In this document: piece by piece, positions 47,573 to 49,536 of the stretch
Position numbering within the stretch: the stretch's first letter is position 1
Layout of the letters: each line of letters begins with the position of its first letter
DNA from: a virus
Lineage: Duplodnaviria; Heunggongvirae; Uroviricota; Caudoviricetes
Reading direction: 5' to 3' (one strand)
Length of the DNA: 49,536 bases
Virus record (IMG/VR): IMGVR_UViG_2534681701_000013
Span: 1 to 49,536 of that record
Notes under the pieces: model-generated
The model's input: the letters and a program-made list of their open reading frames with translations, nothing else
Databases searched by the model: none
Told to the model about the DNA's origin: nothing
Program-made: the position numbers and the translations under genes

Positions 47573-48238
47573 CTATTTTTTCCCTGAAGCGGAAAACATT
47601 ACTACAGTACCTTGAACCTTGGTTTTAACATTCTCGAAATGCTCTGAGAGTATATGTGTTAAGCCTTCTTCGGAATCTTTTGTGTTTGAAAAGATGCCTT
47701 TCTGATTGTAAATGCGCATCAGTTTTTGACCGAAGCTATTGTGCACAACTCCATCGCCAAGAATTGTGGCTCCGTATAGAGTTCCATCGTCAGTTAAGGC
47801 CTGCGCCGCATTGCGTATTACACAGCTTTTTGTAGATATATTTCCAGGCAGGCAGTGAAGAAGGTAAAACATGGAAATGGAATCAAATTGACCATGTAAC
47901 GCCGCGGGATAAGGTTCAAAAACATCATGGCTAATTTTATGTTTAATTTTTGATTCCCCAGCCCTTGTAGATGCCGCGTTCAGGCTAGCTTCGTTCAAAT
48001 CCATTAAAGATATCAGACTACTCTCAGGTACGTGAGTAAGGTAAAACCCAGTTCCAACGCCAATATCCAGATGGTTGTTACCTAAATGTTCCAGAAAGTG
48101 TGGAAGAAGGTGTTCCTTTGTAGGACATCCCCATGCAAGCCGATTTGATACTCCCAAAACCCACCAGTCATAAAGCTTTAGGGTAAGTGGTGTGTAAATT
48201 TTAGCCCCATCATCTGTGTTTTTTTTCATTAGTTTCAC
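47573..48238 (-). CDS. ybcY: Class I SAM-dependent methyltransferase (DLP12 YbcY-like)
   Basis: 221 aa; glycine-rich SAM-binding motif LDIGVGTGFY; AT-rich; opposite orientation to the tail genes. Confidence 0.85.
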   Translation of the reverse strand: MKLMKKNTDDGAKIYTPLTLKLYDWWVLGVSNRLAWGCPTKEHLLPHFLEHLGNNHLDIGVGTGFYLTHVPESSLISLMDLNEASLNAASTRAGESKIKHKISHDVFEPYPAALHGQFDSISMFYLLHCLPGNISTKSCVIRNAAQALTDDGTLYGATILGDGVVHNSFGQKLMRIYNQKGIFSNTKDSEEGLTHILSEHFENVKTKVQGTVVMFSASGKK

Positions 48239-48297
48239 CGTGTTATAGTTTTATTTGTGAATTAAATCAATTATGGCGATGAATTACAAGGGGTTAA

Positions 48298-48567
48298 ATG
48301 CTGCCGCAGCATAGCGATATTGAAATAGCCTGGTATGCTTCGATACAGCAGGAGCCGAATGGCTGGAAGACCGTCACCACACAGTTCTATATCCAGGAAT
48401 TCAGTGAGTATATTGCGCCACTGCAGGATGCTGTAGATCTGGAAATCGCAACGGAGGAAGAAAGATCGTTGCTGGAGGCATGGAATAAATATCGGGTATT
48501 GTTGAATCGTGTTGATACATCAACTGCACCTGATATTGAGTGGCCTGCAAATCCTGTCAGGGAGTAA
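48298..48567 (+). pseudogene. Tail fibre assembly gene fragment (Tfa C-terminal remnant, tfaX-like)
   Basis: 89-aa ORF whose last 50 residues ([18 protein letters not shown]...[15 protein letters not shown]) duplicate the Tfa C-terminus; N-terminal part unrelated. Confidence 0.6.
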
Positions 48568-48617
48568 TCATTGGGATTATGCCGCAGACACGTCGTATGC
48601 AGGAACGTGCTGCGGTT
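48411..48617 (+). repeat. Direct repeat copy 2 (tfa 3' end plus hairpin)
   Basis: Near-identical to 47362-47567 with a few substitutions and a 1-bp indel in the hairpin. Confidence 0.85.
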
Positions 48618-48681
48618 AGTTTGTGAGCTTTCGATAGTGGTTGTTATTTTTGCCCTTATTTGTTCCGGAGGCCATGGTTCA

Positions 48682-48852
48682 ATGGTCCGTCTGCCCCCTG
48701 TGGTGATGTCAGCAAAATCAGCCACTGCGCGAACCACAATAGCCCGGGAAGATGCTGAAGATCACCTGGTAAAGCTGTCAGCGCAGAAACTGGAAGAACT
48801 GCTCGCATCAATGGTTAAGGATGAGGTTGATCGCAATGATGGGATTTATTGA
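48682..48852 (+). CDS. Hypothetical small protein (56 aa)
   Basis: ATG at 48682 with GGAG 11 nt upstream; track ORF 48571..48852 in the same frame; no family recognised. Confidence 0.3.
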   Translation: MVRLPPVVMSAKSATARTTIAREDAEDHLVKLSAQKLEELLASMVKDEVDRNDGIY

Positions 48853-48978
48853 CGTCAGCGAGAGCAGAAGGAAGAACTGAATAACCTGAATGATTTACGC
48901 TCAATCAGAGCGATGGCGATTAGCGGCAATCACGCTCGATAAAATTAACCCCGGTGATCATCCGGGGTTTTGCATTCA

Positions 48979-49536
48979 TTAAAACCGCATCAACCTTTCC
49001 ACCAATTGTTCTTTACGGGCAACGATCCACCCATGTTGCTCCAGATAAAATTTAAACCGTTCCAGAGTGCATACCATCGCATCGGCGGGGACTTTTTCTG
49101 TGAACTCGACCTGACCGTGTTTATCGAAGTGGATCAGTAATGCGCAGCCATTATTTGGGGCGGGGGAGTTTTGTGCTGCAGGAGGACGTTTGTGGAGTTC
49201 TTCTTCCATTGCGTTAAATTTTTCAATGTAAGCTTCTTTTAGTCTGGCTGCTTTTTTGCCAGTAAATCCCATTACGAGGAACATGAAGCCGTCTTTTGTG
49301 ATCAGGTAGCATCGTGATTCACGTTCTGCGCCGTTGCCAATTTCGACAGTCTGAACATCGGCCGAAAAGTTGGCTGATGTAAATTCGGGAGAGCAGTCGA
49401 GTGTGTCAATCTTAGCTAAAACGTGTTTATGTTGTTTATCGAAGTAGTCGGCAACAGCTTGAGAGGTGGTAACCAGGCGACCATCTTTGAAAAAGACTTT
49501 TGGTGACTCGTTAGAAAAAGTTATAGCTGTATTCAT
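48979..49536 (-). CDS. Rha-family phage regulatory protein
   Basis: 185 aa; N-terminal pRha-like region (LVTTSQAVADYFDKQHKHVLAKIDTL); ATG start lies on the last 3 bases of the window. Confidence 0.7.
   Translation of the reverse strand: MNTAITFSNESPKVFFKDGRLVTTSQAVADYFDKQHKHVLAKIDTLDCSPEFTSANFSADVQTVEIGNGAERESRCYLITKDGFMFLVMGFTGKKAARLKEAYIEKFNAMEEELHKRPPAAQNSPAPNNGCALLIHFDKHGQVEFTEKVPADAMVCTLERFKFYLEQHGWIVARKEQLVERLMRF

Overview
The window is essentially one complete, mosaic lambdoid prophage of E. coli in prophage order, starting at the stop codon of a minus-strand integrase and ending inside the right-arm accessory region (attL and attR are outside the window). Left arm: DLP12/P22-type int-xis, lambda-type early-left genes (TraR-like Orf73, exo, bet, gam). 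Immunity region: non-lambda, with a LexA-like S24 repressor, a Cro-like HTH protein and a CII-position protein, no N gene or nut sites, and an AT-rich 287-aa gene with its own terminator in the slot where lambda carries rexAB. This 287-aa gene is my best candidate for an undescribed lysogen-expressed exclusion or abortive-infection function. Replication and nin region: lambda-type O (with ori iterons), P and ren, then a DLP12-type block (emrE, large serine recombinase ybcK, ybcL interrupted by IS2 with a 5-bp target duplication, ybcM, ybcN, ninE, ybcO, rusA, ylcG, quuD). Late region: an intact nmpC-type porin antisense between Q and a phage-21-type lysis cassette (pinholin, SAR endolysin, Rz with embedded Rz1), bor with an IS66-family element inserted 17 bp upstream, a lambda-type cos site, and a near-lambda head and tail gene set from Nu1 to J, lom, a mosaic 1117-aa stf and tfa. 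Right end: a methyltransferase cassette (ybcY) bracketed by ~206-bp direct repeats of the tfa 3' end, and an Rha-family regulator. All identifications rest on reading the supplied translations and sequence against remembered protein families; no database search was run.
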